DNA from: Marine Group II euryarchaeote MED-G34
GTDB taxonomy: Archaea; Thermoplasmatota; Poseidoniia; Poseidoniales; Thalassarchaeaceae
Assembly: GCA_002457605.1 (NCBI GenBank)
Contig: NTJT01000004.1
Location: 1 to 61,270 of the forward strand
Direction: 5' to 3'
DNA: 61,270 bases
In this document: positions 41,846 through 50,010 of the stretch, piece by piece
How the letters are laid out: each line of letters starts with the position of its first letter
How positions within the stretch are numbered: the stretch's first letter is position 1
Notes under the pieces: model-generated
The model's database searches: none
Told to the model about the DNA's origin: nothing
What the model saw: only the letters and a program-made list of their open reading frames with translations
Position numbers and translations under genes: made by a program

Positions 41846-42403
41846 TCAGGTCATTTCGACAATCTTAACCGAAGCCATTGCTCCGATACCAACCATCACG
41901 CCGTCCATAACCCAGTGGCTAGCCATAGCAGCTATATCGCCACCATCGCCCATTAGGTTAGACGCCATGCCAGTAGCACCGCCGACCATTGTACCCATAG
42001 CCATCACCACGAAAGCGGTGACCCATGCGTCGCAGCGGTCGTAGACGGTCCACAGCAGTGCACCGCCGGCAATCAAGCCCAGTGCCGGCCACATGTCGAA
42101 TGCCCACATGTCAGGGGCTTCCACTGCGGACGACTCGCCACTGGTAATCAGCAGTACTGCTAGCACTGCACCAATTACTTGCGCAACCAGGCGGCTTCCA
42201 TTGTCTATCCAACTGTCCGAATCAGTAACGTCACCTGTCATTATGTGACCCCACGTGATAACGGGCAGTATGTGGGCTCCACCGATGGCCATCCAAGCTG
42301 CAGCTAGTACGAGGGCACCCTCCAGGGAGCCAACACCACCAGCGAGCCAGGCTACCATGAAGGCGCCGCCCATTTCATTCATCATTGTGTCTGTATCAAC
42401 CAT
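41846..42403 (-). CDS. Hypothetical G/A/M-rich polytopic membrane protein
   Basis: 185 aa and about 5-6 TM helices. A strong SD (ggaggaaa on the coding strand) lies just upstream of the ATG. Family unknown. Confidence 0.6.
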   Translation of the reverse strand: MVDTDTMMNEMGGAFMVAWLAGGVGSLEGALVLAAAWMAIGGAHILPVITWGHIMTGDVTDSDSWIDNGSRLVAQVIGAVLAVLLITSGESSAVEAPDMWAFDMWPALGLIAGGALLWTVYDRCDAWVTAFVVMAMGTMVGGATGMASNLMGDGGDIAAMASHWVMDGVMVGIGAMASVKIVEMT

Positions 42404-42571
42404 TGTTGTTTCCTCCTCACCTTAGTGAGTGGTTGCCGGCTTTCCTGACGATTTATAATAGAATCCTACGAAATCCGGAAACGACCCCCCCAAATGAGGG
42501 TCTTTTCCGAACACCGGTGTTGCAGGAGATACCAGATTACTCCCACTACAGCGAGCTTTCCTAACAAATCC

Positions 42572-42634
42572 GGTGCTACGCACCGAACACGGAGGCCAGA
42601 ATGTGCTTAATTGTAAAATTCCTGCTACGCAGGA
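42572..42634 (+). promoter_or_regulatory. Two palindromes sharing the core GCTACGC in the promoter region of the CDO-like gene
   Basis: GGTGCTACGCACC is at 42572-84 and TCCTGCTACGCAGGA at 42620-34. The second lies between an AT-rich box (ttaattgtaaaatt, 42608-42620) and the ATG at 42641. Confidence 0.4.
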
Positions 42635-42640
42635 ACCGTC

Positions 42641-43192
42641 ATGAGGCCCTACTACTCCCCGGAGGACGTGGTAACTCAGATTACGTTCGATCCCGGCGTC
42701 CGAGATGGGTTGCTTGCAGAATGCTCAGGCCTTTCAGGCCTGATTAAATGGCTCGACTCCATTGAAAGAAGACCCGGTCTAGCGGAGCTAGACCATCGAC
42801 TAGAGGGCCTAGAGATCAATCTAGCAGCTCTCAAGGAATGCATCGGCTACGCCGATGACGGCTACCAAAGGAACGTGATTAAGAAATCCGAGTTCTACGA
42901 ACTAGTCGCAGTCTGCTGGCTTCCAGACCAAGAGACCCCGATTCACGATCACGTCGGCAGCGACTGCGCCTTCCTCATCGTTGACGGTATCTCTACTGAG
43001 ACAATCTATGAAACCAACGAAGAGGGGCTGGCGTATCCGATAACCTCCAGACATTATCAGCCCGGAGAGGTATGCGCAGCAGAGGAACCAGACATCCATC
43101 GCGTCTCAAATGATACCGATTCTGAGCTCGTTAACCTGCACATCTACACCCCACCACTGCATGCGTACAACATCTACGCTCCAGCCGAGTGA
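42641..43192 (+). CDS. Cysteine dioxygenase type I-like cupin
   Basis: TPIHDHVGSDCAFLIVDGISTETIY ... EPDIHRVSN...LVNLHIYTPPL matches the CDO cupin layout. Confidence 0.7.
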   Translation: MRPYYSPEDVVTQITFDPGVRDGLLAECSGLSGLIKWLDSIERRPGLAELDHRLEGLEINLAALKECIGYADDGYQRNVIKKSEFYELVAVCWLPDQETPIHDHVGSDCAFLIVDGISTETIYETNEEGLAYPITSRHYQPGEVCAAEEPDIHRVSNDTDSELVNLHIYTPPLHAYNIYAPAE

Positions 43193-44487
43193 TTAGCAGT
43201 CACGGCATCGAGCCTGTATTCTTCAAACACTTCACTGAAAATTTGAATATCGGATTCAAACGTCTCTGGCAACAACGGTCCGAAAGAAAAACGGAAGAAT
43301 CGAGAATATGGTGTCACATAGTTTGGGTCTTTTGAATGTGGACGAGACATGTCACATTCAGAAGCGCATAGAATTGCGGCACCACGCTTGAACAGTCGCT
43401 TGTTGAGCTCAGCACTCGTCATCCCCTCTGGAAGCTCGAGCCAGTGGTAGAATCCACCGTTCCCAGTGTGAACTCCGAGGCCCATGTCCTCGAATGCCTT
43501 CCCGTATCGTTCTCGTTGCCAGTTGTAGTGCTGCTCCACGGCCTTACGAGCCTTTTTGACGCGGCCAGGCTCGAGAAGTTTGACGGCGTAGTGCTGCGAT
43601 GGATGACTCACACCACCCATGCCGAAACTAGAGTAGTTGGCCATCGTCTCGATGTTCTTCTTACTGGCGATAATCCAACCGATGCGAATTCCAGGGGACT
43701 GCAGGCCCTTCGTGCAGGCCGCTGCGATGAACACGTTGCTGTTATCCAAGTCCTGCACGTATTCGATTGCACTAACGGAAGGGGAATGAAACATTTCGTA
43801 TGCTTCATCCAGTAGTATTCCGTTTCCAGGCTGCTCAGCCATTTGGATTAACTCTCGCAACTCCTCGCCTGAACGGGTCTGGCCAGATGGATTCTGAGGA
43901 TTGGATATGACAGGCATTAGCCGCGTCTCAGGATTTAGGCCTGCGCGATCGAAGTAGGTTGCATTGTTTGGATGGAAACCATTCTCCTTGGTGAAGGGGA
44001 CGACTTCGAAGTTGGTTTTGGTCTGCTCCATGATGTCCAGATAAGCGGGCCACTCGATGTTCCCGATTCTCACTTGCACGTGATCTTTGAGGAACGCCAT
44101 AACGGTATAGATTCCAGGCCGGCCCCCCGCGAAGACCATGACGTTCTCTGGTGTAATCTTGGAGCTGTATTGGGAGTTGTAGTACTCTACGATGGCCTCT
44201 CGCAACTCCGGATGACCCCATGCCTTAGGGTAGAAACGATCTTCCCAAGTGACATCTATACTCGCAGGAAGAGGAGGGCCACCGAACTTCTCCAGAGGCG
44301 TCGTCAGAGGGAATCCCTGTGACCACGGGTGCGTGCCTTCGGTGCCCATGAAACTGCCGAAAGAGTCCCTGAATGCGTACAGCGTCTCGTAGATTCCCAT
44401 TGGAGGGCAATTGTCAGACAGGAAGGACTCCACTTGGCGAGATTCAACGCCTTTGGTATCACCTGACACGTCTTTTTGCTCTGCCAT
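43174..44487 (-). CDS. Class I/II PLP-dependent aminotransferase
   Basis: NPQNPSG, LLDEAYEMF and the PLP-lysine motif ACTKGLQSPGIRIGW are present. Start set to the ATG at 44487; 44562 is possible. Confidence 0.8.
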   Translation of the reverse strand: MAEQKDVSGDTKGVESRQVESFLSDNCPPMGIYETLYAFRDSFGSFMGTEGTHPWSQGFPLTTPLEKFGGPPLPASIDVTWEDRFYPKAWGHPELREAIVEYYNSQYSSKITPENVMVFAGGRPGIYTVMAFLKDHVQVRIGNIEWPAYLDIMEQTKTNFEVVPFTKENGFHPNNATYFDRAGLNPETRLMPVISNPQNPSGQTRSGEELRELIQMAEQPGNGILLDEAYEMFHSPSVSAIEYVQDLDNSNVFIAAACTKGLQSPGIRIGWIIASKKNIETMANYSSFGMGGVSHPSQHYAVKLLEPGRVKKARKAVEQHYNWQRERYGKAFEDMGLGVHTGNGGFYHWLELPEGMTSAELNKRLFKRGAAILCASECDMSRPHSKDPNYVTPYSRFFRFSFGPLLPETFESDIQIFSEVFEEYRLDAVTANHSAGA

Positions 44488-44594
44488 GCCTCGCCGTGAG
44501 GCTGCAAACAAATGAGTTTGACCTCTCAGTGCATTCATCGTAATCCAAGGGTACTCGAACAATTGTTAAATCTCGTGAGAGAAGTCAGGGTGCT

Positions 44595-47500
44595 ATGCGC
44601 CAGCCTAGCCGACACCAAAACGTCCTCCCGATAGCCCTCGTGATACTGCTTTTGGGGATGTCAGCCTCAGTAACTATTGACTCGGGAGACAGATCCAAAT
44701 TGGCTGAGGATAAGCCCGCCCTTGAGACTCATGCGAACTCCACTCTTCACTTCCCCGGATCTCAAGCCGGCTCGATATATTCGTCCTCCACAGTATCTGC
44801 CTCATATGACAATACTTGTGCAGTATTGGATAACAATTCAGTGAAGTGTTGGGGTGAAGGCCAGGTCGGAAGAGGGGGTTGGGGTGACAACAGTGATCGA
44901 AGAACTCCAACACATGTTTTACTCGGCTGGCAGTCCGGAACGCCCAGTTTAGCCACCGAAGTTGGACAGGGCTCCGGGGCCTCGGGACACCACACTTGTA
45001 CTATTATGGTCGATGGCACAATTCAATGCTGGGGTGAGGACTTCAGTGGCCAAATCGGCCACGGCGGAAATTCTGGGTGGCATACTACTCCATATCCAGT
45101 AACGATGCCTGCAGGAAAAACTGCTATACAAGTATCAAATGGAGGGCATCACACTTGCGCTATTATGGATGACCATTCTCTCTATTGTTGGGGAGAAAAT
45201 AGTGAAGGAATAGTAGGAACCGGTCAACGTGGCAACGATCATACTACTCCTTACCCAATCGACCTACCCGCCGGCCGAACCGCTGTTGCTGTGTCTACTG
45301 GATGGAAAAACTCCTGCGTTATCTTGGACGACGGCACTGGAATGTGCTGGGGCCTGAACACGGTGGGCCAAATAGGGGATGGAACTACTACTAACAGAGA
45401 CGAACCGACACCGATAACAATCCTCCCAACAAGCAGTACGTTGGCTGCGATAGCAATTGGTGGTGGCGGTGGCACTGGTGCTACTAATGGCAGCGAATCT
45501 GGGACAACAACCTGTGCACTATTGAATAATGGTAGTGTAGCTTGCTGGGGCAAAAACGATGTTGGCCAATTTGGAGATGGAACAACCATATCCTCCACCT
45601 CTCCCAAGTATGCCTTACTACCACCCGGCCGAACCGCGATATCGATTGATGTAGGAAGATTCCACGCCTGTTCAATTCTAGATGACAACAGTAGCGTATG
45701 TTGGGGGAACAACACCGATGGACAAATCGGTGATGGGACTACTATTACTCGACTCACACCAACATATGTGGACTTCCCCAACGGACATTTCTCAACTATA
45801 TCCACAGGGCAGTACCACACCTGTGGTGTCGCATCCAATGCATCAGTACACTGTTGGGGTAAGCATGAGGATGGCGCACTCGGTTTGGGCACTTCTGACG
45901 GCGTGAATATTCAAGATAGCGACATCCCTGCATATGTTGAACTAGGAGATATAACTCCGAACTCGACGGTTCTTGCATCCGCCTCCTTAGGCGAGAGAGA
46001 TCACGACAACGACGGCATTGTTTCAATATTCGATTCTACTCCATGGGTTGCTGAATCATGCTCTCCGGGTCAGTATTTGTCTGGTCTGCAGTGCATAGAC
46101 GCCTCTCCCGGGCACCACGTACCTTACCATGACATGACTGAGCAATACGAATGCTACCCTGGAACCTATCAACCAAATTACGGGCAGAGCTCTTGCATAG
46201 ATACCTCGCCCGGGTACTTCACCGACGTCAATGGCTCGATCGACCAGAGCCCATGCTTCGCAGGGACCTACCAGCCTGCCGATGGTCAATCTTCGTGTAT
46301 TGATGTCGATCGAGGAAATTACAGCGATGCAGGATTAGCCTATCAGATACCCTGTCCACCGGGAACCTACCAGCCCGACCCCGGCCAACCATCTTGCTTA
46401 GATGCAGATCCGGGGAACTATGTTTCTGAACCCCAACAATTCGACCAGACCAAATGTTCGCCGGGAACCTATCAGCCCGTGGCAGGTAAGACCGGCTGCT
46501 TCTTAGCAACGGAAGGGCATTACGCGCCAGGCTTTGGTTCTACAGATCAACTGGCATGTGAGCCTGGGACCTACGCACCATCGTCTGGCATGGACTCGTG
46601 TCACCCTGCCGACCCCGGGTACTATGTCACCGATGGTGGGGGCATAGCTCAGATGGCCTGTCCGGCTGGTTCGCATCAACCGACTCCCGCATCGATTGGT
46701 TGCTCTCTGGTCGATCCAGGGCACTACGCACCTGAGCCAGGGACACCCTTCCAGATACCATGCCCAGCGGGCAACTATCAACCAGGCACCGGTTCACAGG
46801 ATTGTATCGAAGTCGCTTCAGGTCACTATGCACCAGGCCCTGCCGCTACTTCACAAACTGAGTGTGATGCTGGTAGTTATGCACCTGAGAGCGGTATGGG
46901 TGAATGTCTGTTCGCTGATCCAGGCCACCATGTCCCCGATGTAGGTTCAGACTCACAGACTGCATGTTCTGCCGGATACCATCAGCCGGCTTCGGGCGCT
47001 TCGGAGTGCCTAGTCAACCAGATCGGACATTACACGGATGAGAGTGGAATTGCAGAACAGATACCTTGCTCACCCGGGACCTACCAGTCGATGATTGGTG
47101 CAACATCCTGTTCCGAGGCCGACTATGGTTTCCATGTCCCCAACTCGGGCTCCGCGGGCCAGGAGGGCTGCCTGATAGGCACCTATCAGTCACATACCGG
47201 ACAATCAGAATGCATCGACGCTGAGGCGGGACATTACGTTGACACCCGCGAGGCTGCAGTGTCCACCGCTTGCGAGCGCGGGACCTACCAGCCTGAGAAA
47301 GGACAGACGGAATGCATAGACGCAGATGCGGGCAAACATGTCCCTTCGACCGGCTCTCCAACTCAGACACCTTGCGAGCGCGGCACCTTCCAAGAAATGA
47401 TGGCACAGGCAGAGTGTATTGAATCTCAACCTGGATATTATGTATCAACCAGTGGTGCTGATTACCAGACGGCCTGCAAGGCAGGCACGTATCAAGACAC

Positions 47501-47867
47501 TGCAGGTAAGATGAGTTGCAAGGAGGCAGACGTCGATCACTTCGTCGCTGAATCCGCAGCGACCAATCAGGAGAAGTGCAAGGATGGCTCAACGCAGCCT
47601 GAGCAAGGGCAGACGAGTTGCATTGAGGCTGACAACTCTGTAATCATGATGGGTGTGGCAGCCGCCGTCGCAGCAATCGGATTCATAGTAGTCTATACTC
47701 AGTTTCAGAAAAAGGAGAAGGCACCAAAGCGCCGTAAGAAAATAGACTCTAAACTAGGTCATTTGGGCGATCAGAAGGGCAAGCGCAGAAAGCGACCCGC
47801 GAAGGGCAAGCGCAGAAAGCGACCCGCGAAGGGCAAGCGCAGAAAGCGACCTCCTCAAGGTGAGTGA
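44595..47867 (+). CDS. Secreted, C-terminally anchored protein with RCC1-like beta-propeller repeats, about 17 ephrin-receptor-like Cys repeats, a TM helix and a poly-basic tail
   Basis: The signal anchor is VLPIALVILLLGMSA. The RCC1 pattern (C..L.D.SV.CWG.N..GQ.GDGTT..R..P) occurs about 7 times. The C-PGTYQP--GQ-SC----PG-Y repeats follow. The TM helix is VIMMGVAAAVAAIGFIVVY. Confidence 0.85.
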   Translation: MRQPSRHQNVLPIALVILLLGMSASVTIDSGDRSKLAEDKPALETHANSTLHFPGSQAGSIYSSSTVSASYDNTCAVLDNNSVKCWGEGQVGRGGWGDNSDRRTPTHVLLGWQSGTPSLATEVGQGSGASGHHTCTIMVDGTIQCWGEDFSGQIGHGGNSGWHTTPYPVTMPAGKTAIQVSNGGHHTCAIMDDHSLYCWGENSEGIVGTGQRGNDHTTPYPIDLPAGRTAVAVSTGWKNSCVILDDGTGMCWGLNTVGQIGDGTTTNRDEPTPITILPTSSTLAAIAIGGGGGTGATNGSESGTTTCALLNNGSVACWGKNDVGQFGDGTTISSTSPKYALLPPGRTAISIDVGRFHACSILDDNSSVCWGNNTDGQIGDGTTITRLTPTYVDFPNGHFSTISTGQYHTCGVASNASVHCWGKHEDGALGLGTSDGVNIQDSDIPAYVELGDITPNSTVLASASLGERDHDNDGIVSIFDSTPWVAESCSPGQYLSGLQCIDASPGHHVPYHDMTEQYECYPGTYQPNYGQSSCIDTSPGYFTDVNGSIDQSPCFAGTYQPADGQSSCIDVDRGNYSDAGLAYQIPCPPGTYQPDPGQPSCLDADPGNYVSEPQQFDQTKCSPGTYQPVAGKTGCFLATEGHYAPGFGSTDQLACEPGTYAPSSGMDSCHPADPGYYVTDGGGIAQMACPAGSHQPTPASIGCSLVDPGHYAPEPGTPFQIPCPAGNYQPGTGSQDCIEVASGHYAPGPAATSQTECDAGSYAPESGMGECLFADPGHHVPDVGSDSQTACSAGYHQPASGASECLVNQIGHYTDESGIAEQIPCSPGTYQSMIGATSCSEADYGFHVPNSGSAGQEGCLIGTYQSHTGQSECIDAEAGHYVDTREAAVSTACERGTYQPEKGQTECIDADAGKHVPSTGSPTQTPCERGTFQEMMAQAECIESQPGYYVSTSGADYQTACKAGTYQDTAGKMSCKEADVDHFVAESAATNQEKCKDGSTQPEQGQTSCIEADNSVIMMGVAAAVAAIGFIVVYTQFQKKEKAPKRRKKIDSKLGHLGDQKGKRRKRPAKGKRRKRPAKGKRRKRPPQGE
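46059..47621 (+). repeat. Coding array of about 30-aa Cys-bounded repeats (ephrin-receptor-like / GCC2_GCC3-like)
   Basis: CxxGTYQPxxGQxxCxxAxxGHYxxxxGxxxQxxC repeats head to tail. Confidence 0.75.
47774..47851 (+). repeat. 27-bp perfect tandem repeat, about 2.9 copies, encoding (KGKRRKRPA)3
   Basis: gaagggcaagcgcagaaagcgacccgc occurs at 47774-47800 and 47801-47827. A third copy from 47828 diverges after 24 nt. Confidence 0.9.
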
Positions 47868-47911
47868 AGGCCTAGCGCACTTGATATGCGAGAGGGACTC
47901 AGGGAGGTCCT

Positions 47912-48979
47912 GTGAAGGACTATCCGGGCGAACGAGTCGACCTGCGCAGTGACACGGTCACACAGCCCACGCCCCCGATGCGCGAGGCAATGGCAGCAGC
48001 GGTAGTGGGCGATGATGTCCTAGGCGACGACCCCACCGTGATAGAGCTACAGAATCGCATTGCAGAGATGCTCGGAAAAGAGGCTGCACTGTTCGTTCCT
48101 TCTGGGACTATGTCCAATGCGGTAGCAATCAAATCGCAGACCAAGCCAGGCGATGAAATTGTCACTCATCGCAAGAGCCACATTTACATGTACGAGGCAG
48201 GCGGATACGCGGTACTAGCAGGATGCTCAATCTCTTTGGTTGAAGGGGAGATGGGGCAAATGTCTCCTGAGGATGTTCAGAGGGCAATCCGAAAGGTAGC
48301 CGGAAGCGATTCACATTATCCAGAATGCACTCTGATTTGCGTTGAGAATACAGCAAATGTAGGTGGCGGGTCAATCTACGATCAGGAGACTTTGGATGCA
48401 ATCTGTGAAGTCGCACATAAGAACGACTGTCGTGCCCACATGGATGGTGCAAGGATGTTCAATGCAGTTGTTGCCAGTGGTACTAATCCAGCAAGGATGG
48501 TTAGAGACTTCGATACTATCTCGATATGTTTGTCAAAGGGCCTTGGTGCACCCATAGGCTCCGTCCTTGTAGGGGATGCCGCTACCATTGCCGAGGCTCA
48601 CAGATGGCGCAAGATGTTTGGTGGAGGTATGAGGCAGTCAGGGATACTCGCAGCTGCTGGATTGTATGCCTTGGAGAACAATATCGATAGGCTCGGAGAG
48701 GACCACGCCCGAGCCCGGCGCCTCGCCGAAGCATTGGACGCTATGGAGGCGTATTCAATTGACCTCGGAGCAGTGCAGTCAAACATGGTGTACATCAATT
48801 GTAAGAAGGATGGAGCAAAGAATCTCGTCAATAGCCTAGCCGAGCAGGGCGTCGATGTTCTAGACTTAGAGCAGGGTGTTGACTATGGTGATATATCCAC
48901 TGTCAGAGCGGTAGTGCATCTGCACATCACCGATGAGGATGTCGACCGGGTCATCGCTGCTTTCGATGCCGCTCAATGA
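47912..48979 (+). CDS. ltaE: Low-specificity L-threonine aldolase
   Basis: [19 protein letters not shown]...[14 protein letters not shown]...[17 protein letters not shown]. The start codon is GTG. Confidence 0.85.
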   Translation: MKDYPGERVDLRSDTVTQPTPPMREAMAAAVVGDDVLGDDPTVIELQNRIAEMLGKEAALFVPSGTMSNAVAIKSQTKPGDEIVTHRKSHIYMYEAGGYAVLAGCSISLVEGEMGQMSPEDVQRAIRKVAGSDSHYPECTLICVENTANVGGGSIYDQETLDAICEVAHKNDCRAHMDGARMFNAVVASGTNPARMVRDFDTISICLSKGLGAPIGSVLVGDAATIAEAHRWRKMFGGGMRQSGILAAAGLYALENNIDRLGEDHARARRLAEALDAMEAYSIDLGAVQSNMVYINCKKDGAKNLVNSLAEQGVDVLDLEQGVDYGDISTVRAVVHLHITDEDVDRVIAAFDAAQ

Positions 48980-49950
48980 CCCGGAAGCATTCAATATCCC
49001 AATATGCAGGGACTAATGTGAGAGTGACGCCATTTCTCTTGGTCGCACTGCTTCTAACAGCCTCAACCCAAGTCATTGCTACCAGTGAGCAGAGCTCGAT
49101 GTGGATCGATGCAAGACGAGGAGCCGACGGAGGAGTCCTTGGTGCTCTAGAGATTCCTCTGACCAATGAGACAACAGACAGTGAAACCTTACTCAACTAC
49201 TCTGAGATGATTCCAGTCGTCGAAGTCTACACCGCCACATGGTGTTTCAACTGCGTGACCACAGAGCAGGCCCTTGACGAGGCCATAGGTGATTCTGATA
49301 TCATGCGTATCCATTACCACAGGCACAGGTCCGAACCAGAGGACCCCTTCGGCAACAATGCCACGGAACATCGCTGGGAGTCTACTTACGGCGACGCCTC
49401 GAATGCAGAGGCGGGATTGTCCAGAGTGGCTCCGTCCACGGTGTTTGATGGTGAGAGGATGCATTTGGGGACCTCACCGAGCTCAAGCACCCTCACGAAC
49501 GATTACTCTACATCATTGGCCACCGGATCTTCTTGGAGCTTCATAGGAACCGCTCAGTTCTCTGTTTCTGTTACCGAATCAGGTGAGACGAAGTTCTCAT
49601 GGAACATCACCGATTTGAGTGTTGACAACGATGATGTGCACTGGACCTTTACTCTGACACCATGGCTTCTCTTTGTCGAGGACAGCGCCAGTTTCCCAGA
49701 CGGCTCGAATGGTGTCGAGGACTACCTGCATGTGCTGCATGATGCCATTGAGTTGGATGGATTAGAAGGCTCCATGATTGTAGAATCTCCATCGGCATGG
49801 GATGGTGATGATGTCTCAGCCGTGCTGTTAATAGATTGGTCAAAGAGAGGACCTTCAGTTTGTTGCGGCCCCTCTCTACCGGGCCCGGGGATGGTAGCCG
49901 TACTGCTGTGTTTCCTTGTTGCTTCTCTGCCGTCACGCAGAGAGCGATGA
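48976..49950 (+). CDS. Secreted thioredoxin-fold-like protein with a CxxC motif and a C-terminal PGF-CTERM-like anchor
   Basis: The signal is [14 protein letters not shown]. The redox-like motif is [13 protein letters not shown]. The C-terminus is [24 protein letters not shown]. It overlaps ltaE by ATGA. Confidence 0.55.
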   Translation: MTRKHSISQYAGTNVRVTPFLLVALLLTASTQVIATSEQSSMWIDARRGADGGVLGALEIPLTNETTDSETLLNYSEMIPVVEVYTATWCFNCVTTEQALDEAIGDSDIMRIHYHRHRSEPEDPFGNNATEHRWESTYGDASNAEAGLSRVAPSTVFDGERMHLGTSPSSSTLTNDYSTSLATGSSWSFIGTAQFSVSVTESGETKFSWNITDLSVDNDDVHWTFTLTPWLLFVEDSASFPDGSNGVEDYLHVLHDAIELDGLEGSMIVESPSAWDGDDVSAVLLIDWSKRGPSVCCGPSLPGPGMVAVLLCFLVASLPSRRER

Positions 49951-50010
49951 TATCTTAGATTCGGTATCAGACCCTTAGGTGGGTTGAATAACCCCACCCC
50001 ACCATTGCGT

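Noticed and set aside
41846-42403. Aquaporin/MIP-like membrane protein, because GGAHILPVITWG resembles the GGH-NPA-VT loop
   Set aside because: At 185 aa the protein is too short for a 6-TM MIP. Both NPA positions are absent (LPV, and no second NPA). The similarity is a single short string, so I left it as a hypothetical membrane protein.
45251-47592. Several 190-215-aa minus-strand ORFs (45251-45892, 47014-47592)
   Set aside because: They are antisense to the RCC1 / Cys-repeat gene, and repeat-derived open frames are expected there.
47774-47851. Possible CRISPR-like repeat
   Set aside because: The units are directly adjacent with no spacers, are in frame inside a CDS, and encode a basic peptide repeat. 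No cas genes are present.
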